Shown: one piece after another, positions 37,846 to 49,016 of the stretch
How the letters are laid out: each line of letters begins with the position of its first letter
Position numbering within the stretch: the first letter of the stretch is position 1
NCBI GenBank assembly: GCA_041601615.1
Contig: JBFIHX010000005.1
Span: 64,001-128,000, forward strand
Source: Thermoplasmatota archaeon
Lineage (GTDB): Archaea; Thermoplasmatota; E2; JACPAO01; JAHFTW01
Direction: 5' to 3'
DNA: 64,000 nucleotides
The notes under the pieces: model-generated
Told to the model about the DNA's origin: nothing
Databases searched by the model: none
What the model saw: only the letters and a program-made list of their open reading frames with translations
Position numbers and translations under genes: made by a program

Positions 37846-40800
37846 ATGGTGGTGGGTCAACAGACTCGCAATGTCAGCAAGCTAGCCGTTCTCGGCATAG
37901 CTCTCCTCTTCGCACTCCCAGGAGTACAGGCCGTCGTCCCAGACGTCCCCGACGTCCCCGACGTCCTGGATTTGCAAGCAGGTACTGCAGGAGCAACCGG
38001 GGCCACGAGCCCCACATTCGGAGTCGCAGGCACGCCCGCCTTCGACCGCTACGCAGTCCCCAGCAACGTTTGGAGCTGGGACAACAGCGCCGAACCCACA
38101 GTAGGCATCTACTGGGACGACAACGGCCCCGACCCGCTCTACTTCAAGACGCTCTTCGGCGTTGGAAAAGCCGAATGGGACGACACCGTCTCGCCCCCCA
38201 CCGTCCAATGGGAAGACTGGAGTCGGTTCATCGAAACCGCCAGCGGTGTCTTTGCCGACCCCATCCTCCACACCGACGAAGTCACCGGACGCACCTGGGC
38301 CGGCCACTTCCGCCTCCCAACCCCCTGCGCCGACATGGCCTTCCGCGACCACGACTCCAGCAACCTCGACACCGACCTCGCGGGCTGGACCACCATGCCC
38401 GCCGTGTGCCAAGTAAGCGCAGGTGACCACGAAACCGTCGGCAGCGGCGCCTGGAGCAAAGATATTGACGTCTCCGCCGTCGCCACCTACGGCCGCGCCG
38501 TCTACTACTGCGCCCAATACCCCATCGTCAACTCCTGCACCGTCAGCTACGACGGCGGCCTCACCTGGCCCCAAATCACTTCGCGCCAAGTGACCGACGA
38601 ATTCCCACTCCTCGCCTGCGCCGGCATCCACGGACACGTGCGCGTCAGCGAAGACGGCTACGCCGCCATCCCCCACCGCCAATGTGGCAGCCAAGCCGGA
38701 TTCGCACTCAGCAAAAACAACGGCCTCACCTGGGCACCCCGCGACGTGCCCGGCACTGGCGCCATCGGCCACTTCGACCCCAGCATCAGCTTCAGCCGCA
38801 ACGCCGACGCAGACGGTGACTACTGGACCTACTTCGCCGTCGCCAACCCCGGCGCCGTGCTTGTCGCCGCCAGCGACGACTACGGGCTCACCTGGAAGAA
38901 CGGCGGCAGCGCCATCGACGTAGGCGCCTTCTACACCGGCCCCAACGGCGAAAAAATCACCCGCACCGAGTGGGTCGACATCCAAGCCGGCGACCACGAC
39001 CGCGCCGCCATCAGCTTCCTAGCAAGCACCGACACCGAAAGTGTCGCCCACAACGGCTGCGGCATCAACACGGCCCAGAACAACATCGTCTGGAACTACT
39101 ACGCCGGCTTCACCTTCGACGGCGGCGCCACGTGGGAAGTCACCAAGGCCAGCAACGACATTGTCCAACTTGGCCCCATCTACGACGGCGGCTTCGGCAC
39201 CGGCGACGACTCCTGCCGCAACCTCCTCGACTTCAACGACATGGACATCGACTCCATGGGCCGCATGCACATCGGCTACGCCGACGGATGCCGCGACCCT
39301 TGCACCACGCAGGGCCAGAGCCGCCAAGACGACGGCGTCGTCCTGCGCCAATCCACCGGCCGCGGCGTCTTTGCCGCCTACGACGACAACACCCCCGTCG
39401 ACACCGACGGCGATGGTATCCCGGACACCCTCGACAACTGTCCCCTCGTCCACAACCCGGACCAAACGGACTCGGACGGCGACGGCCTCGGCGACGCCTG
39501 TGACACCAACGAACCCGACGCAGACGGCGACGGCATCCCTGACGCCATCGACAACTGTCCCAACACGCCCAACGCCGGCCAGGAAGACCTGGACAACGAT
39601 GGCATCGGCAACGTGTGCGACAGCGACCGCGACGGCGACAACTACGACAACGGCAGCGACGCCTTCCCCGACGACCCCACGGAATGGGCCGACTCGGACG
39701 GCGACGGCGTCGGCGACAACAGCGACACCTGCCCCGGCCATGATGACAACATCGATCTCAACAACAACGGCATCCCAGACGGCTGCGACAGCGGACCCGA
39801 CGACCCCGACCCCGCAACGCCCAACATGCAAAGCGGTGTCCCCAGCGTCTTCCAACCCGCCGCTGAGACTTTCGAGTACAAGAAAATCAACGTTCCCGCC
39901 GACGCCACGACCCTCACGGTCAAAATGACCGGGCCCGCCTGTGAAGCGGACGGATTCCTCTGTCTCGACCAAGACTACGACATGTATGTCCGCGCCAACA
40001 GCAAGCCGGACCTCACCACCTACGACTGCCGGCCCTACAGCACCAGCAACCGCGAAAGCTGCACGATGAGCGTCTCCGATGCCTGGGTCTACGTCGGCGT
40101 CTACGCCTTCCAAGGAAACGGACCAGTCTCGGTCACCGCCACCCACGACGGCACCGGCGGCCAACCTCCCAACGACGGCAAAACCACCTACTACTTCGAC
40201 CGCGGCGACGGCGAAACAAGCACCGTCGGCAACACCGAAGTCATCCTCAGCAGCACCACCCTGCCGCTGAAACTCGACGAGCCCTCCTTCAGTGACCCCG
40301 CCGTCATGTACATGCCCTTCGTGGACGGAACCACGTCGCCCAACGGCTTCTACGACCCCGCCCACTGGACCAGCACCGACGACGTCAGCCACACAACGGC
40401 CAATGTCACCGTCAACTGGTGGATGACTGCCCCCGCAAGCGGCCCCGGCTTCTTCGAGGATTTCGACGTCACCCTGTACCGCAACGGCGAACAAATCGCC
40501 AAAGCCGCAGCCGTTCGGTTCGCTGCCCGCACCGCAGCCGTACCCGAAGAATTCAGCGTCACCCTCAACAACGTGGCCGGCGGCACCGGTGTACTCGGTG
40601 TCCAAATCGACCCGATCAACGGCGCCAACCAACAGGACTACTTCCTGCTCTTTGACAGCGTTGCCTACCCCAGCCACATCGTTGTGGACGAAGGCGCTCC
40701 CGCCAACGACACGGACGGCGACGGCATCCCCGACCACCTCGACAACTGTCCGTACACGCCCAACCCGGGCCAAGAAGACACGGACGGCGACGGCATCGGC

Positions 40801-43800
40801 GACGTCTGTGACGCCAACGAACCCGACGCAGATGGCGACGGTGTCCCGGACACAATCGACAACTGTCCCAACACCCCCAATGCCGACCAGAAGGACCAGG
40901 ACAGCGACACCATCGGAGACGTCTGCGACGACGACCGCGACGGCGATGGCTACAACAACACCCTCGACGCCTTCCCGGACGACCCCACTGAATGGGCCGA
41001 CTCGGACGGCGATGGCGTCGGTGACAACAAGGACATCTGTCCCGGCTTCGACGACAAGGTCGACAGCGACGGCGACGGCATCCCCGACGGCTGCGAAGTG
41101 CCCCCAACAGGCGACGTCGCCATCACCCACATCGACGGCGCTCAGGTAGCCGCCACCAACGGACCCTTCGAAGGCACCGTGGAAGTAAGCGGCACCGCAG
41201 ACCTCCCCGGCGTCGTCGTCCCCACCATCGCCCCCGCGGTGGTGTACGGCGTCACCGACAGCGGTGTCAACCCCTACCACATCGACTTCCTCGGAAGCAA
41301 CGTCCCGAATATTGCCCTGCGCACCCTCTCGACGTACACAGGAAGCAGCGAAGGCTGCCCAGCAGGCGTTCTTGAAGCCGGCGTCGTCATGCTCGACGGC
41401 AACGGCGACCAAATGCCCTTCACGCGCCACCCCGCGTGCTACCTCGAAGGCTACCCTGTGGACGCCCAATCGTTCCAGATTACCCTCGGCGGCTACAACA
41501 AGGGCATCGACGCCGCCAAGTGGAGCCAAGCCTCGACTGCCAACCGCGTCTACTGGGTCCCCGGCACCAAGATCGTCGGCCTCGTCAACCCAGCCGCTGG
41601 CACCATGGACGCTGCCCATTTCGACGCGGACGGACACGGCACCGCCTCGGCCTCGGTCGCTACCGGTACCCTGTACGGTTCCTGCAAGGACTGTCTCCTG
41701 GTCAGCGCCGGATCCACCTCCGATGCAGCCCTCGCGGCCCTTCTGAACGCCGACTGGATCGACTTCGTCAGCCGCAGTGCGGGCCCCCGCGCCAACGCAC
41801 CTACCGACGGCCTCGGAATTCTGACCACCATCGAAGCGACCAGCAAGGCCGCCGCCGAGCGTGGCCAGACCTACGCCAACAGCGCCGGCAACGGCAACGC
41901 CAACGCATTCGAATCGCCCAACCAATCGCTCATCACTGCAACCCGCGGCCCTGACTGGAACATCCTCGTCGGTGCAGCCCAACGCAGCAGCAGCGGCACG
42001 GGCGCCTCCATCATCACCAGTGGCAAACCGGTCGACTGGAGCGCCTGGGGCGCCGGAACCATTCCGGCCGCTTGTGAAAACAACTACAACGCAGAATGCA
42101 GCCACAGCGGCACCAGCAGTGCGACCCCCATCGCCACTGGCCACATGGCAAACGTCCTAGCAGCCGTGCGCGAAGCCATCGGCGACACCAACGTGGGCCA
42201 GTACGTCCCCGCCGATGTGGGCGGCACCCGGCAGGTCATCGCCTCCGGCACGCCCCTGTCTGCATCGCCCTGGCTTGCGGACGGCATCCTGCAACGCCCC
42301 GAACTCTGGTACGTCGCGTACAACTGCGCCTCGGACCTCGCCAGTGGCCCCGTGCTCGTGTACGGAACCGGCCCCAAGGGCCCCTACGATGAAGTCTACG
42401 CCGGCTACGGAATCGCCGACGACGCCACCGCACAGTGCGCCATAAACGCCCTGATCAACGGTGTTGCCCCGAGCACCGACCCCGAAGCAGACGAATGGGA
42501 CGCACAAGTCGAAGAAGTGCGCGACTTCCTCTGGGGTGACTGGGACGGCAACGCCGACGGAACCCCCGGCGGCAGCCACCGCGACTTCGCTCCCGGTGTC
42601 GCCGCAGCCAGCGCCGCAACCACCGGCAACGAAAGTTACGTGGAAATCCAAGTCGTCCCCGCAGGCAGCGCCCTCAACGCCAGCAACTGGGACCGCGCCT
42701 CCGGTGCGGCCTCCTGGTCCTGGGACTGGGACACGAGCCTGTACGGCCCCGGCGACTACGACATCCACGCCCGCTCCTTCCTCTACGGCATCGAGGCGGA
42801 CACGGACATGGTGCAAGCCACCGTGCCCACCCCGCCCTGCACCACGAGCTTTGGCTGGAACACCTGGGCCCTCGACGCAAACGGCACTGGCTGGGACGTC
42901 AACGCCATCAATCCGGCGCTCGACCTCCAAAGCCTCTCCGTAGCCGAGACCCACGCTGACGGATCGTGCACCTTCGACCTCAACCTCGAAGTGGCCAGCG
43001 CTGTCCTCGCGGACGTGCAAGCGATTACCTCGACGCACACCGTGGACATCCTCGAACCCGCCTCCTGGACCGGCCCCGACATCTCGTACAACGTGGTGCT
43101 CACGGCCCGGCCCCTGGCGGGCGGGGCACTCGTCGACCCCTACGTCGTGCTCTTCCTAGACGGTGTCGAGAAGGCCAACACCAACCCGAACGTCGGCACA
43201 GGAGCCGAACTTCTAAGCAGCGAATGGGACGGCGACGGCAACGTCACCTGGCACACCGAATGGAACCTGCTTCGCGGCATGGGCACCATCGAAGGCGCCA
43301 CCGTCAGCAGCTCCGAACAAGTCGCCAACCTGGCCCCTGTCGCCTACACCGCCGACACCATGGCCACCGCGTGCCCCTACGACCTGCAACAAGGCCTGGG
43401 CTGCGACACGGACGGCGACGGCATCCGCGACCACTCTGACAACTGCATCGCCACCGTCAACCCGGGTCAAGAAGACCTGGACCACGACGGCGCCGGTGAC
43501 GCCTGCGACGACGACCTAGACGGTGACGGAGTCGCCAACGCCGACGACGCCTTCCCCTACGACCCAACCGAATGGGCCGACTCGGACAGCGACGGTGTCG
43601 GTGACAACTCGGACGCCTGCCCCGGACACAACGACTTTGCGGACGTGGACGGCGACGGCATCGCAGACGGCTGCGACCCCGACAACAACGACGGTCCTCT
43701 CGGAGACTCCGACTTTGACGGTGTCGCCAACAAGGACGACGTGTGCGAAGGCCACGACGACAACGTCGACAGCGACGGCGACGGCGCCCCGGACGGATGC

Positions 43801-44193
43801 GACCCCGACCGCGACGGCGACGGTGTCGCCAACAACGTGGACGCCTTCCCTGACGACCCCAACGAGTGGGCGGACACGGACGGCGATGGCGTGGGCGACA
43901 ACAGCGACGTCTGCCCAGGCTTCGACGACGCGGTCGACCTCGATGGCGACGGCATCCCCGACGGCTGCGACACGGACCGTGACGGCGACGGCGTCGAGAA
44001 CGACCTGGACAACTGCGCTGACACGGCCAATGCGGACCAAGCCAACCAAGATGGCGACCGCAAGGGCGACGTCTGTGACAGCGACCGCGACGGCGACGGC
44101 TACAGCAACGGCCGCGAAGAGGCCCACGGCACCGACCCCGACGACCCCTCGTCCTTCCCGACGAAGGGATCGGCTTCGTCCAGCTCGAAGTAG
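37846..44193 (+). CDS. 2115-aa secreted multidomain protein: BNR/sialidase-like propeller, thrombospondin type-3 repeats, PPC-like domain, S8 peptidase
   Basis: SYDGGLTW, SKNNGLTW, SDDYGLTW and TFDGGATW Asp-boxes; DxDGDGxxDxxDNCP repeats in three blocks; S8 motifs TDSG, DGHGT, NSAGNG, SGTSSATP. Confidence 0.9.
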   Translation: MVVGQQTRNVSKLAVLGIALLFALPGVQAVVPDVPDVPDVLDLQAGTAGATGATSPTFGVAGTPAFDRYAVPSNVWSWDNSAEPTVGIYWDDNGPDPLYFKTLFGVGKAEWDDTVSPPTVQWEDWSRFIETASGVFADPILHTDEVTGRTWAGHFRLPTPCADMAFRDHDSSNLDTDLAGWTTMPAVCQVSAGDHETVGSGAWSKDIDVSAVATYGRAVYYCAQYPIVNSCTVSYDGGLTWPQITSRQVTDEFPLLACAGIHGHVRVSEDGYAAIPHRQCGSQAGFALSKNNGLTWAPRDVPGTGAIGHFDPSISFSRNADADGDYWTYFAVANPGAVLVAASDDYGLTWKNGGSAIDVGAFYTGPNGEKITRTEWVDIQAGDHDRAAISFLASTDTESVAHNGCGINTAQNNIVWNYYAGFTFDGGATWEVTKASNDIVQLGPIYDGGFGTGDDSCRNLLDFNDMDIDSMGRMHIGYADGCRDPCTTQGQSRQDDGVVLRQSTGRGVFAAYDDNTPVDTDGDGIPDTLDNCPLVHNPDQTDSDGDGLGDACDTNEPDADGDGIPDAIDNCPNTPNAGQEDLDNDGIGNVCDSDRDGDNYDNGSDAFPDDPTEWADSDGDGVGDNSDTCPGHDDNIDLNNNGIPDGCDSGPDDPDPATPNMQSGVPSVFQPAAETFEYKKINVPADATTLTVKMTGPACEADGFLCLDQDYDMYVRANSKPDLTTYDCRPYSTSNRESCTMSVSDAWVYVGVYAFQGNGPVSVTATHDGTGGQPPNDGKTTYYFDRGDGETSTVGNTEVILSSTTLPLKLDEPSFSDPAVMYMPFVDGTTSPNGFYDPAHWTSTDDVSHTTANVTVNWWMTAPASGPGFFEDFDVTLYRNGEQIAKAAAVRFAARTAAVPEEFSVTLNNVAGGTGVLGVQIDPINGANQQDYFLLFDSVAYPSHIVVDEGAPANDTDGDGIPDHLDNCPYTPNPGQEDTDGDGIGDVCDANEPDADGDGVPDTIDNCPNTPNADQKDQDSDTIGDVCDDDRDGDGYNNTLDAFPDDPTEWADSDGDGVGDNKDICPGFDDKVDSDGDGIPDGCEVPPTGDVAITHIDGAQVAATNGPFEGTVEVSGTADLPGVVVPTIAPAVVYGVTDSGVNPYHIDFLGSNVPNIALRTLSTYTGSSEGCPAGVLEAGVVMLDGNGDQMPFTRHPACYLEGYPVDAQSFQITLGGYNKGIDAAKWSQASTANRVYWVPGTKIVGLVNPAAGTMDAAHFDADGHGTASASVATGTLYGSCKDCLLVSAGSTSDAALAALLNADWIDFVSRSAGPRANAPTDGLGILTTIEATSKAAAERGQTYANSAGNGNANAFESPNQSLITATRGPDWNILVGAAQRSSSGTGASIITSGKPVDWSAWGAGTIPAACENNYNAECSHSGTSSATPIATGHMANVLAAVREAIGDTNVGQYVPADVGGTRQVIASGTPLSASPWLADGILQRPELWYVAYNCASDLASGPVLVYGTGPKGPYDEVYAGYGIADDATAQCAINALINGVAPSTDPEADEWDAQVEEVRDFLWGDWDGNADGTPGGSHRDFAPGVAAASAATTGNESYVEIQVVPAGSALNASNWDRASGAASWSWDWDTSLYGPGDYDIHARSFLYGIEADTDMVQATVPTPPCTTSFGWNTWALDANGTGWDVNAINPALDLQSLSVAETHADGSCTFDLNLEVASAVLADVQAITSTHTVDILEPASWTGPDISYNVVLTARPLAGGALVDPYVVLFLDGVEKANTNPNVGTGAELLSSEWDGDGNVTWHTEWNLLRGMGTIEGATVSSSEQVANLAPVAYTADTMATACPYDLQQGLGCDTDGDGIRDHSDNCIATVNPGQEDLDHDGAGDACDDDLDGDGVANADDAFPYDPTEWADSDSDGVGDNSDACPGHNDFADVDGDGIADGCDPDNNDGPLGDSDFDGVANKDDVCEGHDDNVDSDGDGAPDGCDPDRDGDGVANNVDAFPDDPNEWADTDGDGVGDNSDVCPGFDDAVDLDGDGIPDGCDTDRDGDGVENDLDNCADTANADQANQDGDRKGDVCDSDRDGDGYSNGREEAHGTDPDDPSSFPTKGSASSSSK

Positions 44194-44207
44194 GCGCCTC
44201 GGCCCAG

Positions 44208-44258
44208 GTTCTTCCCTTCTTACCTCTTTTCCCCGCCCGCCTCCCTCCTTTGCTCCCT
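44208..44258 (+). terminator. Polypyrimidine tract after the 2115-aa gene
   Basis: ttcttcccttcttacctcttttccccgcccgcctccctcctttgctccc. Confidence 0.45.
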
Positions 44259-44308
44259 GGAACCACCGCGTCTTTGCGGCATGGCTTTGATGGCCTGCGC
44301 ACCGCAAC

Positions 44309-44860
44309 TTGGCAGGCTCCTTGCGACACCGCCAAGAAGCCCCGCCCGCTGCCGGACCCGTGCAACCGGCAGCCCCCGAGGCCGACCAGGACCGCTTCGC
44401 CCCCCACAGCATCTGCTACGGCTGCGGACCCGCAAACCCGGATGGCCTCCAAATCAAGAGCCACTGGGAAGGCACCCCCGACAACGGCGCATTCGTCATG
44501 ACCTTCGACCCCATCGCCGCTCACCAAGCGTTCCCCGGCGTCCTCAACGGCGGCATCCTAGGCGCCCTACTCGACTGCCACAGCAACTGGTGCGCCGCCA
44601 CCGCCATCATGCACCACCACAAATGGGACCGCCCCGACTGCACCGTCACTGCCGACTTCCACGTCAAGCTCAAGCGCCCGACACCCTACCCCGGCCGCCT
44701 CACCGTCAAAGCGCGCCCCATCAGCATTGACGACCGCGTCTGCAAAGTCGAAGCCGAAGTCTGGGCCGAAGTCAAAGGCGAACAGAAAATCACCGCGACC
44801 TGCACCGGCACCTTCGTCGCCGTCACCGAAGGCCACCCCGCCTACCATCGGTGGAACTAA
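44309..44860 (+). CDS. PaaI-like hotdog thioesterase
   Basis: CYGCGPANPDGL, GVLNGGILGALLDCH, VTADFHVKLKRPTP; start approximate. Confidence 0.88.
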   Translation: MAGSLRHRQEAPPAAGPVQPAAPEADQDRFAPHSICYGCGPANPDGLQIKSHWEGTPDNGAFVMTFDPIAAHQAFPGVLNGGILGALLDCHSNWCAATAIMHHHKWDRPDCTVTADFHVKLKRPTPYPGRLTVKARPISIDDRVCKVEAEVWAEVKGEQKITATCTGTFVAVTEGHPAYHRWN

Positions 44861-44861
44861 C

Positions 44862-45698
44862 GTGCCGCCGCAAGGAAACGGACCGCCCGTTCCCGGACAC
44901 GGAGCCGACCACGAGGGGCAAGAACTGGACCAAACCCCATCGCCCGAAGAGGCGCCCGAAGCACTCGCCCGCAACGGTCGCGCCCTCACCTTCCACATCC
45001 TGTTTGGAATCGTAGGCGCCCTCCTGATCCTCAATTTTCTAGGTGGACTCTTCATAGGCTTCCTGCAAATCTTCCTCCCCGACGCAGAAGTCACCCAAGA
45101 CTTCGCATCCATGCTCGGCATCAACAGCGCCCGCGACCTCTACGTCAGCTCTCTGACCAACCTAGCCTTGTTTGGACTCGTCCCCCTGGCCTGGGTCTAC
45201 GGCACCCGCATCCAGCCCTGGCCCGGCGGCAACCGCTACCTAGGATTCCACGACGCCCCCATCTCCTTGGCCCGTGGCGTCGCCCTCGGCATCGGCCTCA
45301 TGCTCGTCGTCACCCTCGCAACCCTCCTCTACACCGTGGCCACCGAAGGCATCGACGCCATCAGCTCCGCCACCAACGAAACCGACAACCCCGTCGTGCA
45401 AGCCATCCTCGACAACCTAACCTGGCCACTCGCCCTCGTCATCGCGCTGAGCGCCGGCATCGGGGAAGAAATCCTGTTTCGAGGCGTGCTCCAAAAATGG
45501 CTCGGATGGTGGCCACAAGCCATCATCTTCGGCCTCAGCCACGCCGTCGGCGGCGAACCGGTGCAAATCCTCGTCACCGCCCTCATCGGACTCCTGTTTG
45601 GCTGGCTCGTCCACAAAGGCCACAGCCTGTGGCTCGTCATCGCCGCCCACGTCGTCTACGATCTAGCCCTGCTCTCAGTCGCCCTCGCTGCAGGATGA
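44862..45698 (+). CDS. CPBP (Abi/CAAX) intramembrane protease
   Basis: GEEILFRG, FGLSH, AHVVYD. Confidence 0.9.
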   Translation: MPPQGNGPPVPGHGADHEGQELDQTPSPEEAPEALARNGRALTFHILFGIVGALLILNFLGGLFIGFLQIFLPDAEVTQDFASMLGINSARDLYVSSLTNLALFGLVPLAWVYGTRIQPWPGGNRYLGFHDAPISLARGVALGIGLMLVVTLATLLYTVATEGIDAISSATNETDNPVVQAILDNLTWPLALVIALSAGIGEEILFRGVLQKWLGWWPQAIIFGLSHAVGGEPVQILVTALIGLLFGWLVHKGHSLWLVIAAHVVYDLALLSVALAAG

Positions 45699-45776
45699 GG
45701 CCAAGCCTGAAGGACGAACGCAACGTCCCGGCCCCCATGCACACGACCGAACCCGCCGCACGAAGGGGATGACGGC

Positions 45777-46211
45777 GTGAGCTACATCCTGTTCGAACAC
45801 ACCGCCGACGTAGGCATCGAAGCCACCGCCACCGACGCCGAAACCACCCTCGTCGACGCCGCGCACGCACTTGCCCACGTCATCGCCGCACGCCCCGTCC
45901 AAGCAGGCCAAGGCCAGCACTGCACCGAGCGAACCTTCTTCGTCGAAGCGCCCGACCACGAAAGCCTCCTCGTGGCATTTCTTTCCGAATTCGTCTGGCT
46001 CTTCGAAGCCGACCGACTGCTCTGGGCCGGCGGCGGCACCCGCATCACCCACACCGACGACGGACTGCGCGCCCACGCCACCGGAAACATGGTCCCCTTC
46101 GACCCCACCCGCCACGGCGACGGCGTCGAAGTCAAGGCCATCACCTACCACGAAGTTTGTTTCGAGCCGAACGGCCATGGCTGGAAAGCACGCGCCATCC
46201 TTGACCTATAG
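45777..46211 (+). CDS. Archease
   Basis: FEHTADVG, LVAFLSE, EVKAITYH, ILDL. Confidence 0.95.
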   Translation: MSYILFEHTADVGIEATATDAETTLVDAAHALAHVIAARPVQAGQGQHCTERTFFVEAPDHESLLVAFLSEFVWLFEADRLLWAGGGTRITHTDDGLRAHATGNMVPFDPTRHGDGVEVKAITYHEVCFEPNGHGWKARAILDL

Positions 46212-46270
46212 CTGTAAGAATTAGTCCAAGTAGCTGTAAAGGACAAATACCAGCACGCTTCCCTTCCCAT

Positions 46271-47422
46271 ATGCGCTGGATTGCTGTGCTTCTCATTGCC
46301 ACCTCCCTGGCAGGCTGCATCGGAGCCGAGAAGGAAACCCTGGACCCCGCCGACACCAAGGACCCGACCACCCCCGGAACAAACCTCGGAAACGCAACGG
46401 CCGTGAAAGCGATCCTCGGCCTCGACGTTGCCCTCGGCCCGGCGCCACTCGCCGTCAACATGAGCATCAGCGTACCAGGCTACCCCGGCTCCTCCTGGAA
46501 CCTCACGAGCCTGCTGGATGGCAACATCACCCAGATCGCCAGCGGCAACAGCACCCCCGCCGCCGCCAACCACACCTTCGACATCGGCAACCACACCCTG
46601 CGCCTCACCGTCACCACCCCCGACGGCAAGACCGCCACGGCCGAACGCATGGTCTCGGCACTTGGACCCGAACCCCCCGCCGTTCCCGAGCCCCTGGCCG
46701 ACAACCTCCAGGTGCTGAAACTCGAAGGCACCATGGCGGCAAACCTCAATCCAACCACCGCCCGTGAACTCCAAACCTTCGAAATCGTCGTCCCTGAAGG
46801 CACCCAAGCCATCACCCTCTGGACCGCCTGGGAATCCACGCCCATCGGCCTCCAGACGCCCCTGGCTGCCGACCTGGATGTGTTCCTGCGCGACCCCAGC
46901 GGCACCGCAGTCGTCTCCCGCGAATCCACCGACTTCGAATACGCCCACTACACAGAACCCCTCGAGGCCGGCACCTGGACCGTGGAAATCCTCGGATTCA
47001 GCGTCCTTGAAGACACCCTCTACACCGTAGAAGTCCTACTCTGGAGCACCCTGCCCCAGATGATGCAAGCTGCCGGCTCGTTCGTCGTCGCCGAAAACAT
47101 CGAAGGCCCCACCGTAGGCGACGCCCCCGTCCTCCACAACATTCCCGTGCCCGCCGGTGCCACCGCAATCGCCGGACGCCTCGCATGGTCCAACACAGAA
47201 CCCATCGGCAGCCCCGACAGCCCATGTTCCCGCACCGATCGGCTGCACGACCTCGACTTTGGCGCCGCCCTCGACACCTACACCTTCAGCAGCGGCACAT
47301 TCGCCGGATGCGAATTCGGCTACCTCGACGCAGACACCGACATCGGCGGCGTATGGCAATTCACCGTTACGCCCTACGCGGCAGCCGCCATCGACTACGT
47401 CCTCACAGTCTACTACGCCTAG
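46271..47422 (+). CDS. Lipoprotein with PKD/PPC-like beta domains
   Basis: Lipobox SLAGC; GPAPLAV..HTF..GNHTLRLTVT; ADLDVFLRDPSG, GTWTVEI. Confidence 0.8.
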   Translation: MRWIAVLLIATSLAGCIGAEKETLDPADTKDPTTPGTNLGNATAVKAILGLDVALGPAPLAVNMSISVPGYPGSSWNLTSLLDGNITQIASGNSTPAAANHTFDIGNHTLRLTVTTPDGKTATAERMVSALGPEPPAVPEPLADNLQVLKLEGTMAANLNPTTARELQTFEIVVPEGTQAITLWTAWESTPIGLQTPLAADLDVFLRDPSGTAVVSRESTDFEYAHYTEPLEAGTWTVEILGFSVLEDTLYTVEVLLWSTLPQMMQAAGSFVVAENIEGPTVGDAPVLHNIPVPAGATAIAGRLAWSNTEPIGSPDSPCSRTDRLHDLDFGAALDTYTFSSGTFAGCEFGYLDADTDIGGVWQFTVTPYAAAAIDYVLTVYYA

Positions 47423-47466
47423 GACCGAGGGCAAAGCCTGAACAGCCGCCCCGTGTGGCCCGGCCC

Positions 47467-48936
47467 GTGTCCTGGGAAGGCCCGCTTCAGCAAGTAGGCA
47501 ATGCGATCCACGAGATCCCCGCCACCTACACGGGCCAAAACGGCGACCTCAAGATGCGCGTCCCCGGCCGCATCATCGCCAGCCCCGACCTCCTATCGCA
47601 CATCGCCGACGACCGCGCCCCCGAGCAAGTCGCCAACGTAGCAAGCCTACCAGGCATCGTCGGCGCTAGCCTCGCCATGCCCGACATCCACTGGGGCTAC
47701 GGGTTCCCCATCGGAGGAGTCGCCGCCTTCGACCCCGACAACGGCGGCGTCGTCAGTCCCGGCGGCGTCGGCTTCGACATCAATTGCGGCGTCCGGCTCT
47801 TGCGCACCGACCTCGACGTGGAACAAGTGCGCCCGCGCTTGCGCGAAGTCATCGACGTGCTCTTCGATGCCGTTCCCGCAGGCCTCGGCAGCCGCGGTAA
47901 GAGCGGATTTGCCGGCCGCGACCTCGATCACATCATGAACGAAGGTGCCGGATGGGCCGTCGAGCAAGGCATCGCCACAGCCCACGACCGCGAAGCCATG
48001 GAAGAACAGGGCCACATCCCCGGCGCCCGGCCCGAACTCGTCAGTGAACGCGCCCGCACCCGAGGGCAACGCAGCCTCGGCAGCCTCGGCAGCGGCAACC
48101 ACTTTCTGGAACTGCAATACGTCGACCAAACCCACGACGAAGACGCCTGCAAAGCCTACGGCGTGCGCCCCGGCCAAGTGCTCGTGATGATCCACACCGG
48201 CAGCCGCGGCCTCGGCCACCAAGTCTGCCAAGATCACGTCCAAGCCCTCCAAGACGTGCCCCGCCGCCACGGCATCGAACTGCCCGACCGACAACTCGCC
48301 TGCGCGCCCCTCGATACCCGAGAAGCCGACGAATACCTCGGCGCCATGGCCGCGGCCGCAAACTTTGCCTTCGTCAACCGCAGCATCCTCGCCGCCAAAA
48401 CCCGCGACGCCCTCGACCGCCTCTTCGGCGCCAACGTCCACACCGTCTACGACGTGTGCCACAACATCGCCAAGTACGAAGAACACACCGCCCCCGGCGA
48501 ACCCAACGGCCCCAAGCGACGCCTCTGTGTTCACCGCAAAGGAGCCACCCGCGCCTACGGCCCCGGCCACGCCGACCTCCCCACCGCGTACCAAGGTGTC
48601 GGCCAACCCATCATCGTACCCGGCGACATGGGCCGCATGAGCTACCTCCTAGCAGCCAGCCAAGGCGCCATGGACGAAACCTTCGGCAGCAGCTGCCACG
48701 GCGCCGGCCGCCGCCTCTCACGCGCCGCCGCCAAGAAGGAGTACAACGGCCAGGAACTGATCCAAATGCTCTGGGACCGCGACGGCATCATCGTCCGCGC
48801 CACCAGCAACAACGTCGCCGCCGAAGAAGCACCCGGGGCGTACAAGGATGTGAGTCAAGTCGTGGACAGCGTCGAAATGGCGGGACTCGCTCGCAAAGCT
48901 GCGCGGTTGCGGCCGCTCGGCGTCGTAAAAGGTTGA
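47467..48936 (+). CDS. rtcB: RNA-splicing ligase RtcB
   Basis: MPDIHWGYGFPIGGV, VGFDINCG, GSGNHFLE, HTGSRG, HNIAK, HRKGAT, HGAGR, EEAPGAYK. Confidence 0.97.
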   Translation: MSWEGPLQQVGNAIHEIPATYTGQNGDLKMRVPGRIIASPDLLSHIADDRAPEQVANVASLPGIVGASLAMPDIHWGYGFPIGGVAAFDPDNGGVVSPGGVGFDINCGVRLLRTDLDVEQVRPRLREVIDVLFDAVPAGLGSRGKSGFAGRDLDHIMNEGAGWAVEQGIATAHDREAMEEQGHIPGARPELVSERARTRGQRSLGSLGSGNHFLELQYVDQTHDEDACKAYGVRPGQVLVMIHTGSRGLGHQVCQDHVQALQDVPRRHGIELPDRQLACAPLDTREADEYLGAMAAAANFAFVNRSILAAKTRDALDRLFGANVHTVYDVCHNIAKYEEHTAPGEPNGPKRRLCVHRKGATRAYGPGHADLPTAYQGVGQPIIVPGDMGRMSYLLAASQGAMDETFGSSCHGAGRRLSRAAAKKEYNGQELIQMLWDRDGIIVRATSNNVAAEEAPGAYKDVSQVVDSVEMAGLARKAARLRPLGVVKG

Positions 48937-49016
48937 ACAAGGTCGTCGGCGCGAAGCGTCGATGGCCTCCGGGGTATGGCCAAGGGGCGGAGCCCCTGGC
49001 GCGTGCAAAAAACTTC

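Noticed and set aside
39019-42144. 1041-aa minus-strand ORF (likewise 8024-9784, 29167-30957, 54169-56166)
   Set aside because: Antisense mirror frames of well-supported genes, caused by biased high-GC codon usage.
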